The notes beneath the pieces were generated by a model. That model saw only the letters and a list, made by a program, of their open reading frames with translations, had not been told where the DNA came from and did no database searches. Below are positions 9,264 to 18,153 of a stretch of DNA of 25,931 bases, piece by piece. Source of the stretch: an uncultured Dehalococcoidia bacterium (GTDB taxonomy: Bacteria > Chloroflexota > Dehalococcoidia > Lucifugimonadales > UBA2985); the NCBI GenBank assembly GCA_964452695.1, contig CAYVMY010000007.1, positions 575-26,505 of the forward strand, in the 5' to 3' direction. The first letter of the stretch is position 1. Every line of letters begins with the position of its first letter. A program made the translations under genes and the position numbers.

Positions 9264-10043
9264 TTGAGAATACTTGCAACTAACGATGACGGAGTCTATG
9301 CAGAGGGCCTCTGGGCTTCTGTTGCCCAGCTGAGAGAGGTTGGAGAGGTTACAGTGGTCGCTCCAGATCGGGAACAAAGTGGCGTCGGAACCGCTATCAC
9401 TCTAAATGAACCATTACGCGCTATGGAGATAAAGCCAATAGTGGAAGGTGTCAAAACCTACGCTGTAGAGGGCACACCTGCAGACTGCACTATACTAGCT
9501 CTAGAAACTTTATTGGATGAAAAAGTAGACTTGGTTGTTTCTGGAATAAATCGTGGGGCAAATCTTGGCAACGACATGTTAATATCTGGCACTATGGGAG
9601 CGGCATTTCAGGGTTTCTTTAGAGATATACCAGCCTTTGCTTTATCTGTGGCAGCGTTGAAAGACGTACATTATCAAACTGCCGCCCTAGTCGGAAAAAT
9701 GCTAGCCCAAGCAGTGGAACGAGGAGATCTAGAATCTCCATTATTACTAAACGTCAACGTACCTAATCAACCTATGGACAAGATCAAAGGTATTTCTCTC
9801 ACTAAAATTGGACGTCGCACCTACATGGATGTAGTCAAAGAAGACGATGACGGAAGAAGAAAATACTACTGGATTACCAGGGACAAACCAGGATGGGTCA
9901 TGGAGAAAGGCTTAGACATTTGGGCGATCAGAAGAAAACGCGTCTCCATAACACCTATACATTCCGACCTGATCAACAGCGTTAAGGACAAAGCTGTGAA
10001 TAAGGCAATTCGAGGAGTACGAAGCGCCGTATTAGGACGATAA
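9264..10043 (+). CDS. surE: 5'/3'-nucleotidase SurE
   Basis: ILATNDDGV, VVAPDREQSG, GTPADC, SGINRGANLG, SGTMGAA; TTG start. Confidence 0.95.
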   Translation: MRILATNDDGVYAEGLWASVAQLREVGEVTVVAPDREQSGVGTAITLNEPLRAMEIKPIVEGVKTYAVEGTPADCTILALETLLDEKVDLVVSGINRGANLGNDMLISGTMGAAFQGFFRDIPAFALSVAALKDVHYQTAALVGKMLAQAVERGDLESPLLLNVNVPNQPMDKIKGISLTKIGRRTYMDVVKEDDDGRRKYYWITRDKPGWVMEKGLDIWAIRRKRVSITPIHSDLINSVKDKAVNKAIRGVRSAVLGR

Positions 10044-10094
10044 ACAACTTCAAACAAAGCCTCACGATTGAGAATGACATGCAGAATTACATGA

Positions 10095-10880
10095 TCAATC
10101 TACCTGGATAGTTACCTCGCCACCTGAAAATGCTGTTACTGTGCCGTTGTCCATCTTAACTACCAGACTGCCCGATTCATTAACTCCTAAAGCATGTCCC
10201 TCAAATTTTTCAGACAAAGCCAGTACAGTTACACGTTTGCCAATCGTATCTATCAAATCCTCCCATTCACTCACAATCGATATGCCATTCTTGATTCTTT
10301 CGTAAGATGTTTCCATTTGCTCAATTAGCACGCGCATTGTCTCCAGACGTGATACATCGTGTCCAATTTCATTTCTTATACTAGTGGCGATATCGACAAT
10401 TGAGTCGTGACTTGTTGGATCAAAGTTTACATTAATGCCAATGCCTATCAAACAAAATTCTACACTATCCCCATCAATTTCATTTTCTATCAGTATTCCT
10501 GCCACTTTTTTCCCACCGATTCTTACATCGTTAGGCCACTTAACGGTCGGATTGAGTGGAAATCCAGAAATACGTTTTATTGCATGCACGATTGATGTAG
10601 CTGCCATCATACTCAACTGAGGAAGCCATACAATGTTTGGCCTGAGAATCACAGTTAAATACAGGTTAAGGCCAGGTGGGGATATCCATTGCCTATTAAA
10701 TCTTCCTCTTCCAAACGATTGCTCTTCGGCTATTACCAACGTCCCCTCCTCACAGCCCTCTACAGCTAGCTTCCTTGCCTGATCCATAGTAGACGAGGTT
10801 CTTTCCATATATAAAACACGATTACCAAATGAAATATTCTTCAATGACTCCCTAATTACCACTTCATTCAGATCGCTCAT
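10095..10880 (-). CDS. birA: Biotin--[acetyl-CoA-carboxylase] ligase without an N-terminal HTH
   Basis: TSSTMD, GRGR, KWPND, KVAGIL, GIGIN. Start at ATG 10880 (10901 is an alternative). Confidence 0.93.
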   Translation of the reverse strand: MSDLNEVVIRESLKNISFGNRVLYMERTSSTMDQARKLAVEGCEEGTLVIAEEQSFGRGRFNRQWISPPGLNLYLTVILRPNIVWLPQLSMMAATSIVHAIKRISGFPLNPTVKWPNDVRIGGKKVAGILIENEIDGDSVEFCLIGIGINVNFDPTSHDSIVDIATSIRNEIGHDVSRLETMRVLIEQMETSYERIKNGISIVSEWEDLIDTIGKRVTVLALSEKFEGHALGVNESGSLVVKMDNGTVTAFSGGEVTIQVD

Positions 10881-10983
10881 AGTATCAACACCCATATACA
10901 TCTCTCATGATTTTATTCCGGACTGTCGGCATCATTAACTGAGTCTTTTTGACATCAAAGCAATAAGGGTAAATGGCAGGTTA

Positions 10984-11386
10984 ATAGGTAAGCCTGTAAG
11001 CCGAGTTCTGTGCTACCACAAATAAGTTTTATCTTACTTTATAGTAGTGGTGATCATCTATCTGGGACTCCAATTTCTTGAAGCCTCGTGCAGCCAACCC
11101 GAGGGCGAGCCAGGCTCTCTTTGCCCTCCTATTCGGCCTTGCTCCAGGTGGGGTTTAGCCGCTGCCACGTCGCCGCGTCAGCCGGGAGCTCTTACCTCCC
11201 GATTTCAACCTTACCTGCCATCCTCATAACAAACTTGTTTAAAAATGTTCCGAGAATTTGCAGGCGGTATGTTTCTGTGCCACTTTCCTTCGAGTTACCC
11301 CGACTGGCCGTTAGCCAGCACCCTGCCCAGTGGAGCTCGGACTTTCCTCCCCTGCAGATGCAGGAGCGATCACCCGGCCTACCTAT
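10984..11386 (-). ncRNA. rnpB: RNase P RNA, type A
   Basis: GAGGAAAGTCCGAGCTCC, AGTGGCACAGAAA, GGTAAGAG, TAAACCCC..GGAGCAAG, ACAGAACTCGGCTTA; P1 ATAGGTAGGCC/GGCTTACCTAT. Confidence 0.97.
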
Positions 11387-11398
11387 CAACCATACCCA

Positions 11399-11427
11399 AG
11401 TCTATCACCAGTCACCGCCCCGGTCAA
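11399..11427 (-). promoter_or_regulatory. rnpB promoter
   Basis: TTGACC (11427-11422), 17-nt spacer, TAGACT (11404-11399), with an extended TG. Confidence 0.7.
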
Positions 11428-11576
11428 AAGATTCAGATTACTATGTGGTTAGCACATAATAATACTCGTACACAACCACCAAGCACCACAAACCTACTGT
11501 TGCTCTTAAGTAAACATAAGCAACTTATGAGGGTTTCCTGTATATCTAGTAACAGGTTATTCCCTAGTAAACCAAA

Positions 11577-12947
11577 CTATTTCCGATTAAAATTTATATC
11601 TGCAGAGTTGTCCGTTACCATAACACTCGATATCAGAACGATAAGTATGCTTCTCAAGAAGTCTTTGTCTAAAGAGTCCCACTTATCAAGTATGTAGTTA
11701 TATGTTTCCTTTTTCGTGGATTCTTTCGGCAAATCAATCAATTCTCTCATACCCACAACTGTCTCTGATATCTCCTCATCCATCCCAGCCACGATGTCTC
11801 TAAGATAGGACATGGATGTGTTGCCAAGGGCAGTGTTTTGAAGCGCCCTAATAAATTGGACCCCCAGCTTTTTCTGTGTCTTATCCAAGCGATCGTTAGT
11901 GAAGGAATGGCTTTGTAAGGCTGGTAGTGAATTATACTCCTGAGCCATGGCATCTCTAACGTGCTCAAGTACAGCGTTTTCGAGATTATTTGCCCTCCAA
12001 GTGTGATACCTACACACGCCCTGATTCGTCCTAGATTGACATTGATAGTATCTGTATTCACCCTGAACCTTGGATCCATCTTTGCGACCCCAGGATTGAC
12101 GCCTTGTTACACCAACCATCTTGTTACCACATGCTGAACATACAGCGAGACCAGAGAGCATAAAAAATTCCAAGGGCCTGCTGTTACGATCAGTCCTGCG
12201 GTTTGACATCACTTCCTGCGCTTGATTGAAAACCTGGCCATCTATTATTGCGGGGTGGTTCCGGGGAACCCTCATACCGAATCTAGTGTAAGTTCCAACA
12301 TAAGCTCTGTTTCTCAAAACATCTCGGACTGTTACGATACTCCAATTTCTACCATTTCTTGTTGATATGGATCGTTCATTGAGATGGTTTACTATCTTAC
12401 GCATACCCATTTGTCGCTTCGTATACAACTCAAATATAAGATGTACAGTGGAGGATTCATCCGGCATGACCTCAAGCTTACCAGATTTCCCTATTCGGTA
12501 TCCAAACGGCGGCTTACCCAGACCTTCACCTCGAATTGCCCTGGACATCATTCCTTCTCTTATTCTCTCTCCCCTTTTCCCACCACTTCCAGAAATATGC
12601 CAATATCTAACTATCTGCTGGAGAGGATCGGGAGTATCGTCGTCCATACACGTCACTTTGGCCCCAAGAGAATCCAATTCTAAAATCTTACGGACACAGG
12701 ATTCCGGATCTGAGCCAAGAGAACTTGGGTGTGACAACACAAGTAGAAATTCCCTGCTGGATTCCCTTAGAAACTTCAGCATCTCATCATATTGGGCTCG
12801 ATTATCACCATCTGCTGAGTCAGAAAACGTAGCAACCGCGTTATGACCCAAGCGTTGGCAAAATTCGAGGAATGACTCCTGGAGATGAGAAAGACAATCC
12901 TTCTCATACGAATCGTTACTGATGGAGAAATATGCTATAGCCTGCAT
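11577..12947 (-). CDS. Large serine recombinase-family protein with a degenerate catalytic domain
   Basis: Resolvase-like N-terminus; recombinase domain (KPPFGY, IFELY, WSIVTVRDVLRNRAYVG, HPAIID); Zn ribbon (LSGLAVCSACG, YYQC, C); typical C-terminal segment. Confidence 0.88.
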   Translation of the reverse strand: MQAIAYFSISNDSYEKDCLSHLQESFLEFCQRLGHNAVATFSDSADGDNRAQYDEMLKFLRESSREFLLVLSHPSSLGSDPESCVRKILELDSLGAKVTCMDDDTPDPLQQIVRYWHISGSGGKRGERIREGMMSRAIRGEGLGKPPFGYRIGKSGKLEVMPDESSTVHLIFELYTKRQMGMRKIVNHLNERSISTRNGRNWSIVTVRDVLRNRAYVGTYTRFGMRVPRNHPAIIDGQVFNQAQEVMSNRRTDRNSRPLEFFMLSGLAVCSACGNKMVGVTRRQSWGRKDGSKVQGEYRYYQCQSRTNQGVCRYHTWRANNLENAVLEHVRDAMAQEYNSLPALQSHSFTNDRLDKTQKKLGVQFIRALQNTALGNTSMSYLRDIVAGMDEEISETVVGMRELIDLPKESTKKETYNYILDKWDSLDKDFLRSILIVLISSVMVTDNSADINFNRK

Positions 12948-12949
12948 TA

Positions 12950-13651
12950 CTATGTTGCGTATAGAATACGACTACAACTAGGACAATGTGTCAAAGATTC
13001 AGATTTGCGTGCACTTTGTATAAGTTGCGTAGGAAGGGCAATACGACATCCCTGACAGAGCCCTCTCTCTATTTTCACAACCGACTGAGATTGACCTTTG
13101 GTCCGTAATCGTTCATAGACACCAAGATGTTCTAACTTTATCGTGGAAGAAAGTTCGTCCCTTTGTTTTTGTAATAACGCCAAGTTCTCCAAGAGTGCAG
13201 CCTTTTCTTTGACGAGCCTATCATATTCTTGCTGTTTTTCCACTTCGGCATTGTGTAGTTGTCTTTCCAACACAAGCATCTTTGCTTTGGATTCTTCCGA
13301 AGATTCCATCAAAGATAATAATTTTTCTTCTTGATCACTCTGTGATTGCCTCAGGTAAACTAATTCCGCTTGAATATCTTCTAGTTCTTTTGGGTTCCGC
13401 ACGGACCCACTATACAATCTAGTTTCCACGGCTGAGGCCTTTTCCGTAATAGTCTCAGCAGCCAATTCCATGGATTTTCTCATAGTGTCCTCTTGTCCGA
13501 ATAGTCGCTTTGCCTCCAAGGCTAGTTGCCTAATACGATTGATACGCGCATCATCGTTCAGTGCTTTGTCTATAGCATCGACCGCACTATTGGAGTGCCC
13601 GATATCGCCATCTATCGCTAGCAGTTCGTGCAATTGTTGAGCGCCAGTCAT
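12950..13651 (-). CDS. C4-type zinc-ribbon / coiled-coil protein (DUF164-like)
   Basis: Long coiled coil, then CQGCRIALP...CPSCSRIL; AGAGGTG SD. Confidence 0.9.
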   Translation of the reverse strand: MTGAQQLHELLAIDGDIGHSNSAVDAIDKALNDDARINRIRQLALEAKRLFGQEDTMRKSMELAAETITEKASAVETRLYSGSVRNPKELEDIQAELVYLRQSQSDQEEKLLSLMESSEESKAKMLVLERQLHNAEVEKQQEYDRLVKEKAALLENLALLQKQRDELSSTIKLEHLGVYERLRTKGQSQSVVKIERGLCQGCRIALPTQLIQSARKSESLTHCPSCSRILYAT

Positions 13652-13679
13652 AGCACACCTCTACATCAATAACAAGTTA

Positions 13680-13709
13680 ATTGTAGAAAAGTGATGATAT
13701 CATTGTCAA
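13680..13709 (-). promoter_or_regulatory. Promoter of the zinc-ribbon/recombinase operon
   Basis: TTGACA (13709-13704), 18-nt spacer, TACAAT (13685-13680). Confidence 0.7.
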
Positions 13710-13760
13710 TAAATTATCCTCAGACAATCTCTAAAATAATTGAACACTCTGTGTCATTAT

Positions 13761-14582
13761 TTACACATGGTTTTGCGTGAATTCCTTGAAACTATATATA
13801 TGTGCGCTAACGCGATGTTTAACCATAAATTCGCCATCAACCATCTTGTCCAATAATTCCTTATGCTCTAGGTCAAAAGCAACAACCTCATCCTGGCCAA
13901 GAGATGCGCCTATTCCTCTACTAGCTCGCATTCTTCCTCTCCATTCCTCTTTCGTATATGGTATCTCCACGTCATAGAAAAACATTCCACGTAGAATAAC
14001 CTGATCTTGTGGGTTACCCGAAAATGGGACTACAACTCCACCTCGTTTTACTAAATCGTCAATTTCTGCGATATTATTCCAGTTTTCCCGTTCCCAATAG
14101 GGATTAAACTTGAGGGCAAGACCCTCACTGACGCGAGCAACTTCATCAAGGCGAGGCAGCCACGACAAATAACAAATTGCCAAGAGGCCATCTGGCTTCA
14201 ATACTCTTTTGATCTCGCTTAAAGCCTCAACTTGATCGAAATATTGCCAAGAATTGCTAGATATAACACAATCAAAGCTGTCATCTGCGAATGGTAGTGC
14301 TTCCGCCATTGCAACCCTGAAGTCAATATCCAAATCCTCCGATTTAATTGTCTCCCTGGCAACTCTTATCTGATTTTCAGATATATCTATACCAGCTACA
14401 AAAACACCATACCTAGAAAACTTCCTCGCAATCAACCCGGTACCTGTTCCAATATCCAACACATATAGACCTGGTACACCCACGCCCAAATTAAAAAGCT
14501 TTATGAAAAAAGATGCAGGAGGGCCATGTCTATATGAGCCGTAATCTGGAGATGTTTTTCCCCAATCAACACGTTCATTCAT
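13761..14582 (-). CDS. Class I SAM-dependent methyltransferase
   Basis: VLDIGTGTG, GIDIS, AEALPFADDSFD, EIKRVLKPDG. An alternative GTG start is at 14606. Confidence 0.9.
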   Translation of the reverse strand: MNERVDWGKTSPDYGSYRHGPPASFFIKLFNLGVGVPGLYVLDIGTGTGLIARKFSRYGVFVAGIDISENQIRVARETIKSEDLDIDFRVAMAEALPFADDSFDCVISSNSWQYFDQVEALSEIKRVLKPDGLLAICYLSWLPRLDEVARVSEGLALKFNPYWERENWNNIAEIDDLVKRGGVVVPFSGNPQDQVILRGMFFYDVEIPYTKEEWRGRMRASRGIGASLGQDEVVAFDLEHKELLDKMVDGEFMVKHRVSAHIYSFKEFTQNHV

Positions 14583-14623
14583 TTGATTGATATAGCCTCC
14601 ACTCACAACTAATATACAACCTA

Positions 14624-15880
14624 TTATCCCAACATCTTTGGAGTCGGCCTGCTTGACTTCGGCACTCGCGTAACGGCTAAAACTCCGGCAGCTGCAATAG
14701 TAACAATACCTGAATATACAAAGGCTATCTCAGTATCATATATGGTCACAAGAAACCCTACGATAACTGGAGCCGGCAAGCTAAGCACTTGGGTAAAAAA
14801 TCCAGTGATTCCCAACGTAGAAGATTGTATCCTGTCGCTCGCTACATCCATAATGGTTGCAGTGGTGATATTAACCAATGCATAAAAGAAAAGTCCTAGC
14901 GCCGCTACAACTACTATCAACTGTGGGCCAGCATCCGCCACTGCCAAAGCAAAATAAAGTATCCCATAAAGAATAAGAGATGGAAGTAAAATTGGTTTCC
15001 TACCGAACTTATCTGACAGATAACCCATTACAGGCTGCGACACCGCTCCCATAACGTGAAGGAGTCCCCAGAAGAAGCCCAGTCCAAATGCTGAATATCC
15101 CAAATCATCTTGAATATATATAGGCAGGAATGTCATAACTGCCAAACGGGCCATACCAGTTAGGACATTGACGGCAATTATAGCTAAAACAACACGACTC
15201 TTCATCAAGTTTTTCAAGTCATTCCAATAAGAATCTAGTGAAGGCCGATCCCCTAGTCCTTCATGTGTTTTGTAAAAAGAGCCCAAGCCTTTCCATAACA
15301 ATAGTGCAACCAATATAGCTGGTATCATATGTGCCTCTAGCAGCCGTTGCCAGGATAATGTTAGCAACAAGAATCCGATAGCTATAGGAGCCACAGTATC
15401 CCCGATGCTAGCCCCTACACCATGTATTGCCAATACACTGCCACGTCTTTCAGGAAAATGTCTGGAAAGAGTCCCCATAGATGCTGGGTGCCACAGAGCA
15501 GTTCCAACCCCTAATAGCGCGACGCCAGGTATAATCCATCCATATGTGGCAGACTGAGCCACCAAGAAATGAGAAATCCCAAATGCAATAAACGCCAATG
15601 CCAATATTATGGACGTACGCCTTCTAAACATATCTGCCATTAATCCAGACGGCAGTGTAAGTAGTGGACCTGACGCAAACTGCCTTACTGCAGTCAATGT
15701 CCCAATTTGAACATTTGTCAAAGCCAGGCTCGACTTAACAGAAGGTATGATCACAGGCCAGAGTTGCTGAAACCAATGGATAGCCACATGGCCAAGTGAC
15801 AATGACCCAACAATAAACGGACCCGCAGGTGCCTGCGAATGCTCATTTTTCCCTGTATCTATTTCATTCAAGTTTCCCAC
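14624..15880 (-). CDS. MFS transporter (FsR-like)
   Basis: About 12 hydrophobic segments; GLMADMFRRR and GYLSDKFGRK motif A repeats; HPASMGTLS. Confidence 0.9.
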   Translation of the reverse strand: MGNLNEIDTGKNEHSQAPAGPFIVGSLSLGHVAIHWFQQLWPVIIPSVKSSLALTNVQIGTLTAVRQFASGPLLTLPSGLMADMFRRRTSIILALAFIAFGISHFLVAQSATYGWIIPGVALLGVGTALWHPASMGTLSRHFPERRGSVLAIHGVGASIGDTVAPIAIGFLLLTLSWQRLLEAHMIPAILVALLLWKGLGSFYKTHEGLGDRPSLDSYWNDLKNLMKSRVVLAIIAVNVLTGMARLAVMTFLPIYIQDDLGYSAFGLGFFWGLLHVMGAVSQPVMGYLSDKFGRKPILLPSLILYGILYFALAVADAGPQLIVVVAALGLFFYALVNITTATIMDVASDRIQSSTLGITGFFTQVLSLPAPVIVGFLVTIYDTEIAFVYSGIVTIAAAGVLAVTRVPKSSRPTPKMLG

Positions 15881-16135
15881 CTATCCTGCAAACAAGAAAC
15901 CATTTCTATTGTAATCCATATGGCTACAAATGATAAATCGTTACATTTGTCATCCCAAATTACTAGGGTATAGCCAGATCTCGTGCAATACTGATACATC
16001 TCCTAGATTTCGTATATAGTCAATCTAACTGTAGGTAGTTGAACGGAAACAATAGCTGTGATAAAATCCTGCCTTCAGTGTTCCAATTCTACACAAACGA
16101 ACAATTAAATTTACTGGTTAATTTAAGGAGGAGAT

Positions 16136-16675
16136 TTGAAGAATATAATCACCTGGGCTATGTTTCTATCACTCGTACCGTTATTCATTATATCCTGTGG
16201 CGGTGGAGATTCAACAGCCTCAAGTACAAGCCCCACATCCGCCCCTACGTCCACCCCAAAAGCGGTAATAGAGAATACGCCAACTGCTGAAAATCCGGTG
16301 AGCGGTGTTGAAATCAGCCTTGAAGTCGGATCTGTTAATGGAGATGAGCTTCTGTTCGACAAAGATTTTCTATCCGCTCCTGCTGGGTCAAACGTAACTC
16401 TAACTTTTACCAACGGTTCCGATACTCAACAGCACAACTGGGCTCTCGTTGAGAACGGCACCAAAGATGCCGTTGCAACTGCTGGAATAGGATACTCTTA
16501 CAGCGATTGGGTTCCAACGGACGATAACAGAGTTTTTGCTAACGCTAAGTTGATAAACCCTGGAGAGTCAGACATAGTCAACTTCACCGCCCCGTCATCA
16601 GGCACTTACCAATTCGTTTGCACTTTCCCGGGACACAATATGACAATGCATGGAACTTTCGAAGTTACCAAATAA
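16136..16675 (+). CDS. Blue copper (auracyanin/azurin-like) lipoprotein
   Basis: Lipobox IISC, S/T/P-rich tether, QHNW His ligand, FVCTFPGHNMTM Cys/His/Met ligands; AGGAG SD; TTG start. Confidence 0.88.
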   Translation: MKNIITWAMFLSLVPLFIISCGGGDSTASSTSPTSAPTSTPKAVIENTPTAENPVSGVEISLEVGSVNGDELLFDKDFLSAPAGSNVTLTFTNGSDTQQHNWALVENGTKDAVATAGIGYSYSDWVPTDDNRVFANAKLINPGESDIVNFTAPSSGTYQFVCTFPGHNMTMHGTFEVTK

Positions 16676-16857
16676 AAAAGCGTATTCTATTTACCTAGCT
16701 AATGTTTACTGACGTTTTGGCTCTATGCCTTTAATATGCCAAACCGCCAGGCAATCTATTTTATTTAATATGGAGTACCAAATCAGACTAGATTGCATCA
16801 AACATCACGAACATTACATTGAATATGAGAGTTCGAATTGACTCACCATATGTGATT

Positions 16858-17613
16858 CTACTCACTACTCATGGAATTTATCATGCCAGCCAAATATCCG
16901 GCACCAAACCCGTTATCTATATTCACAACGGATATTCCTGGGCTACATGCATTGAGCATAGCTAGCAACGCGGACATACCTTGAAAGTTAGATCCATAAC
17001 CTACGCTTGTAGGTACTGCTATAACGGGGCATTTTACTAAACCTCCCACAACACTCGGGAGAGCCCCTTCCATACCCGCAACGGCAACTATAACTCGAGA
17101 CTCCCGTAAAACTGGAAGGTAAGCCAGCAATCTGTGGAGACCAGCTACACCCACGTCCCAAATCCTATCCACATCATTGCCTATAAGTTCCGCTGTGAGC
17201 GCAGCTTCCTCAGCAATCGGTATATCGCTAGTCCCAGCTGCAACTATGGATATTCCTTTACGTTTGTCGTCTATTCCACCCATTCCAACTACAATGGCTT
17301 TGGCAATTTCACTGTATATTGCAGTTGGAATTATACTTTTTACTGCCTCATAGGCTGGGTATTCTACTCTGGTAATAAGTAATTTGGAGGAAACTTCGTC
17401 TATACTAGTCGCTATATCCGCGAGCTGTTGTAAAGTTTTCCCAGGCCCATACACAACCTCCGGGAACCCCATTCGTAAATTCCTGTGGTGATCCACTTTC
17501 GCGAATCCAATATCTTGAAATGGAAGTATGCTTAGACTTTCCATCGCCTCACTAATAGAAAGACGGCCATTCTTCACCTCAAGCAAAAGCGATTCAATTC
17601 GATCCGTGTCTAT
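16858..17613 (-). CDS. larB: Nickel-pincer cofactor biosynthesis protein LarB (AIR carboxylase-like)
   Basis: AKVDHHR, GFPEVVYGPGKT, AGTSDIPIAEEA, DVGVAGLHRL, AGMEGALPSVVGGL, PTSVGYG, VNIDNGFGA. Start proposed at ATA 17613; the ORF track uses TTG 17586. Confidence 0.9.
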   Translation of the reverse strand: MDTDRIESLLLEVKNGRLSISEAMESLSILPFQDIGFAKVDHHRNLRMGFPEVVYGPGKTLQQLADIATSIDEVSSKLLITRVEYPAYEAVKSIIPTAIYSEIAKAIVVGMGGIDDKRKGISIVAAGTSDIPIAEEAALTAELIGNDVDRIWDVGVAGLHRLLAYLPVLRESRVIVAVAGMEGALPSVVGGLVKCPVIAVPTSVGYGSNFQGMSALLAMLNACSPGISVVNIDNGFGAGYLAGMINSMSSE

Positions 17614-17670
17614 TTTATCCCCCCTAGGTCAGTCATTTTTGTTTCATACACCGCAGCTGCCGTAAAGAAT

Positions 17671-18003
17671 TCATGGAGACATGCAGTAAAGACATCTGCA
17701 AATCGATCTCAAGAATTCAAAGTCATATATCCCAGTATAATGGGCATCGCTCCACAAAAACTTCAGAGCGTATTCTCCTACCTTCTCTTTATCTAACAAA
17801 GTGATCCCGTTCACAGGCGTCACCATATCAATATCTACAGGTTTATGGTTCAATTTGCAAGCAACACACGGACACACCGCCCTAAGAAACCCGAGGGGAT
17901 ATAGGCTCATATGCCCATCGGACCAAGCAATTCTCAGAGCGTCCTCTCCCAAGTCATTTGTGATACTTAGAGGCCTAATGACACTCTTCTCATCCCAGTT
18001 CAA
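17671..18003 (-). CDS. DUF971 / GBBH-like N-terminal domain protein
   Basis: IAWSDGH..Y...LR..CPCVAC, VGEYALKFLWSDAH.TGIY.F..LR; AGGAG SD before TTG. Confidence 0.85.
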   Translation of the reverse strand: MNWDEKSVIRPLSITNDLGEDALRIAWSDGHMSLYPLGFLRAVCPCVACKLNHKPVDIDMVTPVNGITLLDKEKVGEYALKFLWSDAHYTGIYDFEFLRSICRCLYCMSP

Positions 18004-18153
18004 TCGTTAACTCCTGAGTAAATCCAACAGAGTAGAACTATGCAGAACCCATATAACTATAGCATGGGTTTACTGCTTATAATGCCTTCTGAGTATCACA
18101 CATATGGTAGCCAATCTCAACACCAGCCTAGTAAATAGGAAACTATCAATAGT

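Noticed and set aside
11047-11697. ORFs 11047-11229, 11088-11459, 11192-11389 and 11245-11697
   Set aside because: They overlap RNase P RNA or the recombinase and have no protein motifs.
4797-12947. Genomic island between ssrA and the serine recombinase
   Set aside because: The intervening genes are housekeeping (pan, surE, birA, rnpB), no ssrA 3' direct repeat was seen, and the recombinase lacks catalytic residues.
15911-15929. TGTAATCCATATGGCTACA near-palindrome between the MFS and cupredoxin genes
   Set aside because: It is imperfect and matches no copper-regulator consensus I can support.
17630-17673. Sec readthrough of the DUF971 TGA stop
   Set aside because: The domain is already complete, the TGA is not at a Cys-homologous position, and there is no convincing SECIS-like hairpin.
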